DNA of 64,000 nucleotides from Candidatus Thorarchaeota archaeon (GTDB taxonomy: Archaea; Asgardarchaeota; Thorarchaeia; Thorarchaeales; Thorarchaeaceae). Below, in pieces: positions 29,010 to 37,369 of the stretch; position 1 is the stretch's first letter; each line of letters begins with the position of its first letter. The notes beneath the pieces are model-generated. The model saw nothing but the letters and a program-made list of their open reading frames with translations, was not told where the DNA came from and searched no databases. Location of the stretch: contig SDNP01000002.1 in assembly GCA_004524445.1 (NCBI GenBank), positions 1 to 64,000 of the forward strand, given 5' to 3'. Made by a program: the position numbers and the translations under genes.

Positions 29010-30386
29010 ATGGAGAAATTATTTGGCACTAGCGGCATCAGAGGATCCATAACCGAAAAAGTGACGCCTAAGCTCGCCTTGGATCTGGGGAGATCTCTGG
29101 GTACCTTCTTGCAAGGGCGGGGTAAAGTCGGTTTAGGTATTGATGAGCGAACATCCAATCAAATGTTAAAGAGGGCTTTTGTTTCAGGTGTTCTTTCTAC
29201 TGGTGTGAGTGTTATTGATGTTGGTGTCGCACCTATGCCGACGGTTGCATCATTTAGCACTTGGGACGGTATAAGGGCATCAATTATCATAACTGCAAGC
29301 CATAACCCTCCAACTGATAATGGATTCAAGTTCTTCGTAGAAGGCCGTGAATTCATCAGAAGCGAAGAAGTTGAGATGGAGAAGACTGTCGCTTCAGGTG
29401 ATTTCGTTGTTGCCGAGTGGAAATACATTGGGTCCATTCAGAGTTCTGATATCAAGAATCAATATTTGAATAGGATAAAGGAATTCATACGAAAAAGAGG
29501 CAGTGATGGAAGTGGAGCAAAAATACTAGTTGATGCTGCAAATGGTGCCGCATGCTCTTATACTCCAAAATTGCTTGATGAACTGGGTTTCTCAGTGACT
29601 ACTATCAATGCTCATGCTGATGGGTACTTTCCAGGCAGACCAGCAGAACCTTCACCGAGAAATCTCACTGATATCATGCAAATGATGATGGATTCTGATT
29701 TCGCAGTAGGAATTGCACATGATGGAGATGGGGACCGAATAGCAATCATTGACGAAAATGGGCAATTCATAGACCAAAACCGGATAATTGCGATTTTAGC
29801 AAGAGAGGAAGTGGAGCGAAAGGGCGGGGGACTAGTAGTTGTGTCCATTGATACATCCAGTGTGATTGATGAGCTTGTACATAACGCAGGAGGGGAGATT
29901 GTTAGAACTGCACTGGGGTCACTGCAGGAGCTGCTCCATTCAAAGAAGGAGGAAGTTGTGTTTGCCTCAGAACCGTGGAAACCAATATTTTCTGATTTGG
30001 GATTGTGGATGGATGGTATAGCTGGTGCAGCCAGAATCTGTCAATTGGTTGATGGTCTTGGGAATGGTAGTTGTATGGAATTGATGAAGAATATACCAGA
30101 ATATCCAATACTTCGTGAAAACATTCACTGTCCCAATCAAATCAAGGATGAATTCATTCCACATGTGAAGAAACTAATTTCACCCAATCTGAACGGTCTG
30201 GATAAGGTCATTGAGGTTGACGGAATACGCTTCGAGTTTAGTAATGGATCTTATCTATTGATACGGGTTTCAGGTACTGAACCAAAAGCTAGACTCTATG
30301 TAGGAGGTCGGTCTGAACAGACTGTAGAGAAATTAGCAGATGTTGGCAGAATGACCATGAAACAGGCAGTTAATGATCTTAGTTGA
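29010..30386 (+). CDS. Phosphohexomutase (GlmM/PMM-PGM family)
   Basis: LFGTSGIRG, ITASHNP, PGRPAEP, HDGDGDR, DGIR, R.SGTEP. Confidence 0.95.
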   Translation: MEKLFGTSGIRGSITEKVTPKLALDLGRSLGTFLQGRGKVGLGIDERTSNQMLKRAFVSGVLSTGVSVIDVGVAPMPTVASFSTWDGIRASIIITASHNPPTDNGFKFFVEGREFIRSEEVEMEKTVASGDFVVAEWKYIGSIQSSDIKNQYLNRIKEFIRKRGSDGSGAKILVDAANGAACSYTPKLLDELGFSVTTINAHADGYFPGRPAEPSPRNLTDIMQMMMDSDFAVGIAHDGDGDRIAIIDENGQFIDQNRIIAILAREEVERKGGGLVVVSIDTSSVIDELVHNAGGEIVRTALGSLQELLHSKKEEVVFASEPWKPIFSDLGLWMDGIAGAARICQLVDGLGNGSCMELMKNIPEYPILRENIHCPNQIKDEFIPHVKKLISPNLNGLDKVIEVDGIRFEFSNGSYLLIRVSGTEPKARLYVGGRSEQTVEKLADVGRMTMKQAVNDLS

Positions 30387-30446
30387 GAGACCTGATTTGG
30401 GTGTAATTCAGTTAGAATTATATCGGAATTTTCTACGATTAATGTT

Positions 30447-30577
30447 GCCGGGGTATCCAAGCGGCTACGGAGGCGGTCTCGAACCGATAAAAGACTTGCG
30501 AGATAACCGCTGTCTTCGGACGCATGGGTTCGAAAGTGCCCAGTGAATGAGTGCCGAATATCCCATCCCCGGCGCCA
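30447..30577 (+). tRNA. tRNA-Ser(CGA) with two introns (30484-30504 at 37/38; 30535-30560 at 59/60), CCA encoded
   Basis: GCCGGGG/CCCCGGC acceptor; GCGGT-CT-CGA-A[21 nt]A-ACCGC; variable arm GTC-TTCG-GAC; ATGGG-TTCGAA[26 nt]T-CCCAT. BHB helices CTCG/CGAG and TTCG/CGAA with 3-nt bulges. Confidence 0.92.
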
Positions 30578-30595
30578 TTGTATTATTCTTGCGGT

Positions 30596-30937
30596 TCAGA
30601 AGGATATTATGGAGAATCCAAGTTTTACGAACTTGTAAAGGTCGCTATGGCCCTTCAACTCGCCTCTCAATTCGACCCCAAGTTTTTCCGCTGCTTCACT
30701 GGCAGAAACTTTAGCTGAACACGCTTTGCATGCATGGTCAATTAGACCCGCTTCGAGAGCATCAAAGAATATTGGAAGTTTGATTGAACCATCTTCTAAT
30801 CCAATCAACAGTTTGGGGGAAGAACACTCTAGCACAGTTACTACTTCGTGTCCTTCTGTAGAGAACTTTGTGGCATTCAATAGGAGATGCATTAGTTGCA
30901 TGGGGTTATCTTCGGTTGCGAGAAATAGATACTTCAT
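30596..30937 (-). CDS. DsrE-like protein
   Basis: H.LLNA...GHEV...E, I..AC.ACS, L.G...GH......GF.IISF. Confidence 0.75.
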   Translation of the reverse strand: MKYLFLATEDNPMQLMHLLLNATKFSTEGHEVVTVLECSSPKLLIGLEDGSIKLPIFFDALEAGLIDHACKACSAKVSASEAAEKLGVELRGELKGHSDLYKFVKLGFSIISF

Positions 30938-30996
30938 GGGATCAGACCTACACATTGCTGAGTACAGGGAGATTCCTTAGCTTGAGTGTGGTAAAT

Positions 30997-31084
30997 TGGT
31001 GCGGAGGGCGAGATTTGAACTCGCGTACTCCTACGAGACAGGATCCTAAGTCCTGCGCCTTTGGCCAAGCTTGGCAACCTCCGC
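30997..31084 (-). tRNA. tRNA-Leu(TAG), intronless, CCA encoded
   Basis: Reverse complement GCGGAGG...CAGGA-CT-TAG-GA-TCCTG, long variable arm, GCGAG-TTCAAAT-CTCGC, CCTCCGC-A-CCA. Confidence 0.96.
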
Positions 31085-31151
31085 ATGCTTTGGCTTTTGA
31101 GGAGAGCGTTGGAGATATAATCATTTTGCCATCGAAAAACTTCACAATATG

Positions 31152-31175
31152 AAGTTAGAACACATGTTCTAACTT
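31152..31175. promoter_or_regulatory. Near-perfect 24-bp palindrome between divergent tRNA-Leu and rps3ae
   Basis: AAGTTAGAACA-CA-TGTTCTAACTT (11-bp arms). Confidence 0.5.
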
Positions 31176-31324
31176 TTCCTTTGATTGCACCAGTTTAGTT
31201 TGGTAGCACACGTCACAATGTTTTTATTTGGCACTCTTGATTGCCGCTTGGCGTCCTCAACAAGTCAAAGAGGCGGCCGATTGATTCTCAATGTGTTTGG
31301 GAATTCTGTTAATACGAGTGTGAT

Positions 31325-31963
31325 ATGATAATGTCTTCACGAAGCCGAAAGGCAGCCGCTAGAACACGGGATAAATGGCGAGAGAAGGTCTGGTACCAAG
31401 TTCTGACACCGGATTATTTTGATAACAAAGAAATTGGGACCACCCCAGCCAGTTCTCCAGAGTTGTTGCTTGGACGTACAGTGAAGCCTACATTGTACGA
31501 TTTAACAGGGAATTTTGACCAAATTCATGTTAAACTAAAATTCAAGATCTATGATGTCAAGGGGCAACAGGCAAATACCACATTCTATGGACATGAATGG
31601 AGCTCTGATTATCTGCGAGGTCTTGTGAGAAGGGGTACTACTCGTATTGATTGGATTGGACCGATTCTGACTAAGGACGACTATTTGATGCGGATTTCGG
31701 TCATTGTATTTACCATGACTCGGGCAAAAAGCAGTCAGAAGCACTCTGTAAGAAAAGCGATAGAAAGAATTATTCGGGCTCATGCCAAAAAGCATTCTTT
31801 TGATGAACTTGTCAAGAAGGTAGTCCTAGGTGAGTTGGCATCCGAGGTGCAGGATGCAGTTAGGAAAATTATTCCACTCCGAGAATGCGAGATTCGTAAG
31901 AGCAAGGTTCTCAAGGGACCAGAAGAAGTGAAGGCTCGGAGAGCTAGGCTGCGCCGTAGTTAA
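31325..31963 (+). CDS. rps3ae: 30S ribosomal protein S3Ae (eS1)
   Basis: DKWREK.WY....P..F, GRTV..TLYDLTG, GHE...DYLR.LVRR.T.RID, I.PLR..EIRKSKVL. Confidence 0.97.
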   Translation: MIMSSRSRKAAARTRDKWREKVWYQVLTPDYFDNKEIGTTPASSPELLLGRTVKPTLYDLTGNFDQIHVKLKFKIYDVKGQQANTTFYGHEWSSDYLRGLVRRGTTRIDWIGPILTKDDYLMRISVIVFTMTRAKSSQKHSVRKAIERIIRAHAKKHSFDELVKKVVLGELASEVQDAVRKIIPLRECEIRKSKVLKGPEEVKARRARLRRS

Positions 31964-31974
31964 GGACAGATTAC

Positions 31975-32337
31975 CTAGAGTTGCTGCAAACGGTGAAGAG
32001 CCTGCAGCAACAATACCATCAGATTGGCAATTTTAGTAAGAGATTCTACATCATTTTCTTGTTCGAAGGTAGAACCCACCGTTTGCAGTTTGATTAGTAG
32101 TTTCTCTCTTAGTTCAGGAATTAGTTCTTTCACGGACTGGGTCTGCATTTGTTCTTCCGATTCCACCACTATAACAGGACGATCACAATGAGCACAATAC
32201 ATCTCATCATCAATTTTGAAAAGGGGTGAGCCACACTGGGGGCATGCCTCTGCTAGCATAGTGGCACCTTTTCTCAATAGCTCAGCCATTCTCTTTACTG
32301 ATTCATCGTTCTTGTCTGGCATATTTGATTCAAGCAT
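31975..32337 (-). CDS. UPF0148/SSSCA1-like Zn-finger protein
   Basis: MAELLRKGATML...CPQCG.PLF......CAHC. Confidence 0.88.
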   Translation of the reverse strand: MLESNMPDKNDESVKRMAELLRKGATMLAEACPQCGSPLFKIDDEMYCAHCDRPVIVVESEEQMQTQSVKELIPELREKLLIKLQTVGSTFEQENDVESLTKIANLMVLLLQALHRLQQL

Positions 32338-32569
32338 GTCATCTATTCAGTGGATATAAGCCAATCTACGCAAAGGAAGATTCCGGATCTTTCAAACAGG
32401 TTGAGCTCGCTCAATCTGTCAGAAGCAGTTTATCCAGAAGTTTCTGATTGGAAACAAATACTCACAGTATCTTGGACACGCCAAAATGTCTATATGGACA
32501 TTGCTTGCCACCTTTCTTTTGTAACTCGCACTCCATTTGTGCGTCAAGATAATTTGAGGTGAGTCCACA

Positions 32570-32833
32570 GTGGACCCCGAAATACAGAGGAGCATAGACC
32601 AGAGCAAACACCTGCTCAAACAGATATCAGAGGATTCTTCAGTTCCGCGAAATATTCGCCGAGCTGCTAATGAGGCAATAGCAGTTCTCGATGACGAGAA
32701 CGACTCTCCAGCGGCGAGAGCTCAGAACGCAATATCTATTCTCGACGAGCCAAGTCAAGATCCGAACTGTCCAAATCATGCACGTACAAAGATTTGGCAT
32801 GTGTCGAGTCTCTTAGAACCCATCCGTGATTAG
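32570..32833 (+). CDS. UPF0147 family protein
   Basis: I.ED.SVPRNIRRAA...AISILDE.S.DPN.P.HART.IW; GAGGTGA SD before the GTG start. Confidence 0.93.
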   Translation: MDPEIQRSIDQSKHLLKQISEDSSVPRNIRRAANEAIAVLDDENDSPAARAQNAISILDEPSQDPNCPNHARTKIWHVSSLLEPIRD

Positions 32834-32914
32834 CTCTTCACGATTTCACATTTGGAGCACAGTGTTACCATCACTTAGTGGTGACGCGTGCATATTACAT
32901 GGGCCGGTTTGCAA

Positions 32915-34360
32915 ATGAGCAAGGTGAGAATTCGAGGTATATATTCAGAATCATTATCACAGATACTGCTACAGAATCACTATGATATTGTGCAGCCTAC
33001 ACCCTCAGTTGCAAGAAGATTTGGACTCCCAGTACGTACAGATATTCCAGATATTGATATTTGGGATCGCAGCGATTTACAGGGAATCGTTGCAATTGCT
33101 TACGAAGAAACGCTTATGAAACTCACTGAGGTGCTTCGTAGAAGGCTGGGATGGGTTATTACGCGTACGCCGCGAGTGGCAAAGAGCTCAATTTACACGG
33201 GCTGTGTCTCGGGTCGCGATAATCGGACAGGGCATACAAGGATTGATTTGGGGAACATACCAGCCCTTCTTCCGGACAAAGGTCTAAGGCGCGGAGAAAA
33301 AGTTATGGTCCAAGTGAGAGCTCATGACTACGGAAGAAAGGCGCCAGTTTTATCATCTAGTATCACAATTCCGGGAAGAACTGCAGTGCTCTTACCGGAA
33401 CCGGTCGTACGATTGAGCACAAAGATAAAGGACCAAGAAACTCGTAGAAACCTCATTCAGCTCGGTAACGACCTTCGTAAACATACTGGAAAATGGGGCA
33501 TATTGTGGCGTACGGCAGCTGCACGTCTTACAGAAGAAGAGCTTGGAGAAGATGTTGAAGATCTTCTAGATGTTGCACACCGTATCTACAGAGAGTATGA
33601 TGATTCTGATGAGGTGGGACTCTTATTTGAGGGGACGAGCAACGCAGACATCGAGTTTTCAGCTGAGGCAAAAGAAGCGCTGGACAAGACACATGCCAAA
33701 CTAAGACCTACAATAACTCACCACCATTTTTACAAGAGTGCAGGATACGGTGCATTAGTTGATTTAGCCGAAATGATTGTCGAAGACCGACCTGAAGAGA
33801 GGGACTACATGACCTCAAAATTGGAGTTGGTGGTAAGTAAAGACTTGCCTCGGGTTAATGACGCCGTTAATATTGAACATGTAAAACTCGATGGCAGAAA
33901 TATCATTTTGTCAAAAGGCCGGGTTCTTGAGATAAATGCAAATTGCATTTCTATTAGAAGGCAGTTCCGGCATACTAGCAGGAAATTAAAAATGACCCGC
34001 GACTATCCTGATAACGAGGTTCCACGGGACCAGGGAGACTATGCAATCACAAAAGTCGTTCCAGGATCTATGACATTGATTACCGATTATTATTCAAAGA
34101 AAGGGACTCTAAAGGGACGGTATGTAAACATCAACACCGGCATTGAGCTCTATCCCGGTTCGGGGACATCTCCTGGAAGAATCAGGTATATTGATTTGGA
34201 GATTGATGTTATCGACCCAATGCATGGAGATGCTAGAGTTATCGACCAACATTTACTGAAACGAGCGATTCAAAGAGGTTTTATCACAGAAGAGATGGCT
34301 GAAATCGCCAGAAAAAAGGCCAAAATTGAATATCAAAAAATAATCGCCAAAAAAACATAG
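32915..34360 (+). CDS. fau-1: FAU-1/AubA RNA-binding ribonuclease (RNase E/G-like + DUF402)
   Basis: VRIRGIYS..L, IVQP, WGILWRTAA, HH.YK, IEHVKLDG, GDY, YVNINT.IE.YP, YIDLEIDV. Confidence 0.9.
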   Translation: MSKVRIRGIYSESLSQILLQNHYDIVQPTPSVARRFGLPVRTDIPDIDIWDRSDLQGIVAIAYEETLMKLTEVLRRRLGWVITRTPRVAKSSIYTGCVSGRDNRTGHTRIDLGNIPALLPDKGLRRGEKVMVQVRAHDYGRKAPVLSSSITIPGRTAVLLPEPVVRLSTKIKDQETRRNLIQLGNDLRKHTGKWGILWRTAAARLTEEELGEDVEDLLDVAHRIYREYDDSDEVGLLFEGTSNADIEFSAEAKEALDKTHAKLRPTITHHHFYKSAGYGALVDLAEMIVEDRPEERDYMTSKLELVVSKDLPRVNDAVNIEHVKLDGRNIILSKGRVLEINANCISIRRQFRHTSRKLKMTRDYPDNEVPRDQGDYAITKVVPGSMTLITDYYSKKGTLKGRYVNINTGIELYPGSGTSPGRIRYIDLEIDVIDPMHGDARVIDQHLLKRAIQRGFITEEMAEIARKKAKIEYQKIIAKKT

Positions 34361-34604
34361 AGGGTATACCAACAGCTACAGCAAACTTGGACAAATATGA
34401 GATAACATGTTGAACAATGAGCGGACTTCAGTGTGGTGCCTAAATAGTCTGCTTCTGAACTCTCGTCCAAGGTCATTCCATGACCTCAAGGAGTTCAACC
34501 CAGTGCCGTTTCTTCATAACCGTTTCTGGGAGGCCAACGCTCCTGTGTCCAAGATTGTCCAACTTACAATAAACGGTGCTCCCATCTGCCATGAGGGGGA
34601 TAAT

Positions 34605-34850
34605 TTAGGTTTCCAATTCGTTGAGTGTTCTCATGGATAGGTCTATGGCACTCATAATGTCTTCAACGGTTGCCCATAGGGACCGAACTCCTTTTTCGCA
34701 TTCAACATTTATTTCTATTCTGTTTTCTCTAACTTCAGAATCTATTCCTATACCAGACGGCAGGGGTGAATTATCCGGCGATATGATACGATGGATAGTT
34801 TTAGCATGATCAGCTACGAAAACAATCTTCATGCGGGCTATTGACTTCAT
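34605..34850 (-). CDS. pcc1: KEOPS subunit Pcc1
   Basis: I...I.PDN...P.G..I, SL.ATV.DI; downstream of rps15 and the DHH-derived gene as in the conserved archaeal operon. Confidence 0.8.
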   Translation of the reverse strand: MKSIARMKIVFVADHAKTIHRIISPDNSPLPSGIGIDSEVRENRIEINVECEKGVRSLWATVEDIMSAIDLSMRTLNELET

Positions 34851-34857
34851 TTGTTAT

Positions 34858-36135
34858 CTATCCTGTTTCATAAAAAATCTGTTGGATTTCCCTGATGTTT
34901 TTCTCTGGTTCTGTTGACATCATAAAGGAAGTAGATGATGTTGCAATTGGGGAGAACTCTGCTTCAAAAAAGGGTTTCATTACCTCAGAGAGACTCTTCT
35001 TATGATTTGACCACGAAATACTGACGAAGTCATTCCCCGTGAGAATTAGAGATTTCGCATTGCCAAATGATGTTTCTAAAAGAATTCTACTAACGTCAGG
35101 AAGAGCCAGGGGGGACCCTATTTTGATTGGTGCAACTAATGTGTCTTCGACCCTCTCCACAGTCGTATCGGAGCTGTTCAAGTATACGATTGTTTCTTGA
35201 TGGGCGTCTAATACTTCAGTAGTGTGATTCTTGTAGACATCCTGTAATCTCTTCAGAATTCTTCCGCGGTCGCCCAATAAGACGCCTATAGCTAGTCCGA
35301 ATAACTTCCTGCTCCATACGGTTTTTAGTAGTGACTTCATCTCGGAGAGGTAACGAAGGGGACTTTGAGATTCCTCCAATAGAAACTCTAAATCGGTACC
35401 TAGAATTTGAGAGAGGGTATTAGGAGATAAACGGGTTACTAAACTCGCAGAAAGCTGCTTTCTTTCTTCAGTGGTCAATTCGTCGATGGTTCCACTTCTC
35501 TTAGCCAGCGGAATATTGGATTCTTCAAGCAACCTCTCGCATGCACTCTCCATTCCACTAAGGCCATCTAAGTAGGGATGAATACATCTACTAAGAGCAT
35601 CTACAATTGTGAGGTGATTGGTACCAGGGATTTTGAATCCCTTTTTCTTTTGAATGATGTTTTGCTCTGTTCCAGATGCTAGCAGGGAATCTACAACTGT
35701 AGATGATTCGTTTTCAACATGGGCGCCAAGAATAGAGAGGCCGAGGTCTGCTTCTGCGACCTCCATTTGCTCTAAAGCAAAACCATACACTTGAAGACCT
35801 AACGGAATGCCATCTGTTCCATGGGATGAGAAGGTGAGAGTGTTTTTGAAGTCATTTTTCCCTATGATATCAACCCCAATCAAGACATTCGTATAATTCC
35901 TGTTCTTTTCTATAATTTTGAGAAGCTGCGACCTTTGAATGATTGGATTGATGAATTTTACATGAAAGAGTTGCTTGGTTTGAAATGCAGCTCTACATAG
36001 AATTGAAGCAGAAATTATACTATGCGGCTCAAAGGATGCGAGGATTAGAATTGGCTTATCGGCTCTGAGCGGCGTCTTGACATAGTCTTTTCTGATGCTG
36101 TCAAGTAGACCATTATCTGGTGCTCGTTCGCTCAT
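34858..36135 (-). CDS. Degenerate DHH-family (RecJ/GAN/Cdc45-like) protein
   Basis: Position between rps15 and pcc1; retains PYL.GLSG, ..LT.EE...L, G.A.GV.LGDRG segments. Catalytic motif I DxDG is replaced by FEPHS and no DHH is seen. Confidence 0.75.
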   Translation of the reverse strand: MSERAPDNGLLDSIRKDYVKTPLRADKPILILASFEPHSIISASILCRAAFQTKQLFHVKFINPIIQRSQLLKIIEKNRNYTNVLIGVDIIGKNDFKNTLTFSSHGTDGIPLGLQVYGFALEQMEVAEADLGLSILGAHVENESSTVVDSLLASGTEQNIIQKKKGFKIPGTNHLTIVDALSRCIHPYLDGLSGMESACERLLEESNIPLAKRSGTIDELTTEERKQLSASLVTRLSPNTLSQILGTDLEFLLEESQSPLRYLSEMKSLLKTVWSRKLFGLAIGVLLGDRGRILKRLQDVYKNHTTEVLDAHQETIVYLNSSDTTVERVEDTLVAPIKIGSPLALPDVSRILLETSFGNAKSLILTGNDFVSISWSNHKKSLSEVMKPFFEAEFSPIATSSTSFMMSTEPEKNIREIQQIFYETG

Positions 36136-36167
36136 TTTTGAAAATGAGGAACAGTAGAATGATAAAA

Positions 36168-36623
36168 CTACCGCAAGAGAACAGCAGCCTGCTCAGGACT
36201 GTATTTCCAGTCTGCAGGTAGTACTCTCACCCTTCGATAGTATTTAGAGAGCCTGTGGACTTTGCTTTCAATAAGTTGCAGCCCACGCTTTGCGACAAAA
36301 TCTTTCCTGTTTTCTTCAAGATGCCTACGAATTCGTTGAGCTTTTGCAATCAGATTTCTAAGATCTTCTGGGACTTGTCGCTGTAAATCGTTCTCTTCAA
36401 CAATCTTGGTTATTCTCTTCCCCGTGATGACTTTGACCAGAGGAACTCCATACTGATCTCTGAGAATTGTTCCTATCATTGAGGGCGTATTTCCAGCTTT
36501 TGCAAGCTCGACAACTTTGTCCTCTACCCACTTTGCATCTTTGTCAAACCATTCGGGTACTTCGGGGGTGGAGGGTCTGTTGCTTGCTGCTTGCCCTTTT
36601 CTTCTGGTATGCATTCTCGCCAT
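36168..36623 (-). CDS. rps15: 30S ribosomal protein S15 (uS15/S13e)
   Basis: MARMHTRRKG, PS.IG.ILRDQYG.P, PEDL.NL, RRHLEEN.KD, LQLIESK..RL.KYY. Confidence 0.98.
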   Translation of the reverse strand: MARMHTRRKGQAASNRPSTPEVPEWFDKDAKWVEDKVVELAKAGNTPSMIGTILRDQYGVPLVKVITGKRITKIVEENDLQRQVPEDLRNLIAKAQRIRRHLEENRKDFVAKRGLQLIESKVHRLSKYYRRVRVLPADWKYSPEQAAVLLR

Positions 36624-36737
36624 CAGTATTACCTCTTAATAGCAGCATTTTCCGCTGCCTGTCGAGTCGCTCTCACGGCCAGAAACTCGCGATATAAAGA
36701 TTGCCTTGTGTCCGGCGTTAGTGCAGTATTTTGGAGA

Positions 36738-37367
36738 CTAATGGTATCTTCCACGTGTTCGAATTTCTTCCATTCTAGACAGATTTGGTTCGGCAAAATC
36801 ACCCAATACTTCAGTGTAGCCTTCTATTGTTGATTGTAGCATCTCGTCTTGATGAGTCCAGTGGGTTGTTTCAAATGCTCTGCGAATGAGATGTAGGTCT
36901 ACGCCTTTCATTTCGGTGTCAGCATTAAATTCCGACAGTCCAAAATCAATCATCCAAAGGCGAGATTTCTTGTCAATTATCACGTTACTGGTGGTGGGAT
37001 CACCATGAACCAGATTTCCATCATGAAGCTTGCCAATTAGTGATCCGAATTGATTACACAAACGTCTTAGAAGGGAGGGAGAAACTTGGCCAACTGCTTC
37101 CTTTAGTTGCTTGCCCGCAATGTGGTCCAAGATTAGTGTGTAATTCTGCATATCGACTGAGTGCACGGCAGGTGTTGGAATTCCAAGACTCCGGGCGATG
37201 TTAAGGCTCTTACATTCTCTTGCCGTTCTACTGGCTCGCAAGTATGTATCCAATTCGCTCAATAGGTATGGTTTCCTTGGTCTCCTTTTTGCTACGTATG
37301 TGTGTCCCCAAATAGTAATTCTTGTAATCTCGGATTCTGCCCCCAATGCAATGATATCGTTCGTCAT
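36738..37367 (-). CDS. bud32: KEOPS kinase Bud32
   Basis: GAES, K.R..K.Y, RT.RE, HGDPTTSN, IDFGL, VDLHL, IR.RGRY. Confidence 0.95.
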   Translation of the reverse strand: MTNDIIALGAESEITRITIWGHTYVAKRRPRKPYLLSELDTYLRASRTARECKSLNIARSLGIPTPAVHSVDMQNYTLILDHIAGKQLKEAVGQVSPSLLRRLCNQFGSLIGKLHDGNLVHGDPTTSNVIIDKKSRLWMIDFGLSEFNADTEMKGVDLHLIRRAFETTHWTHQDEMLQSTIEGYTEVLGDFAEPNLSRMEEIRTRGRYH

Positions 37368-37369
37368 AA

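Noticed and set aside
30578-30996. Integrated element between two convergent tRNAs
   Set aside because: Only a DsrE-like gene is present; no integrase and no duplicated tRNA 3' end were seen.
34430-34600. RNase P RNA (CAGAAAC, GAAACGG and CAGAAGCAGACTA-like words on the minus strand)
   Set aside because: No CR-I strand able to form P4 was found upstream; kept only as an unassigned structured region.
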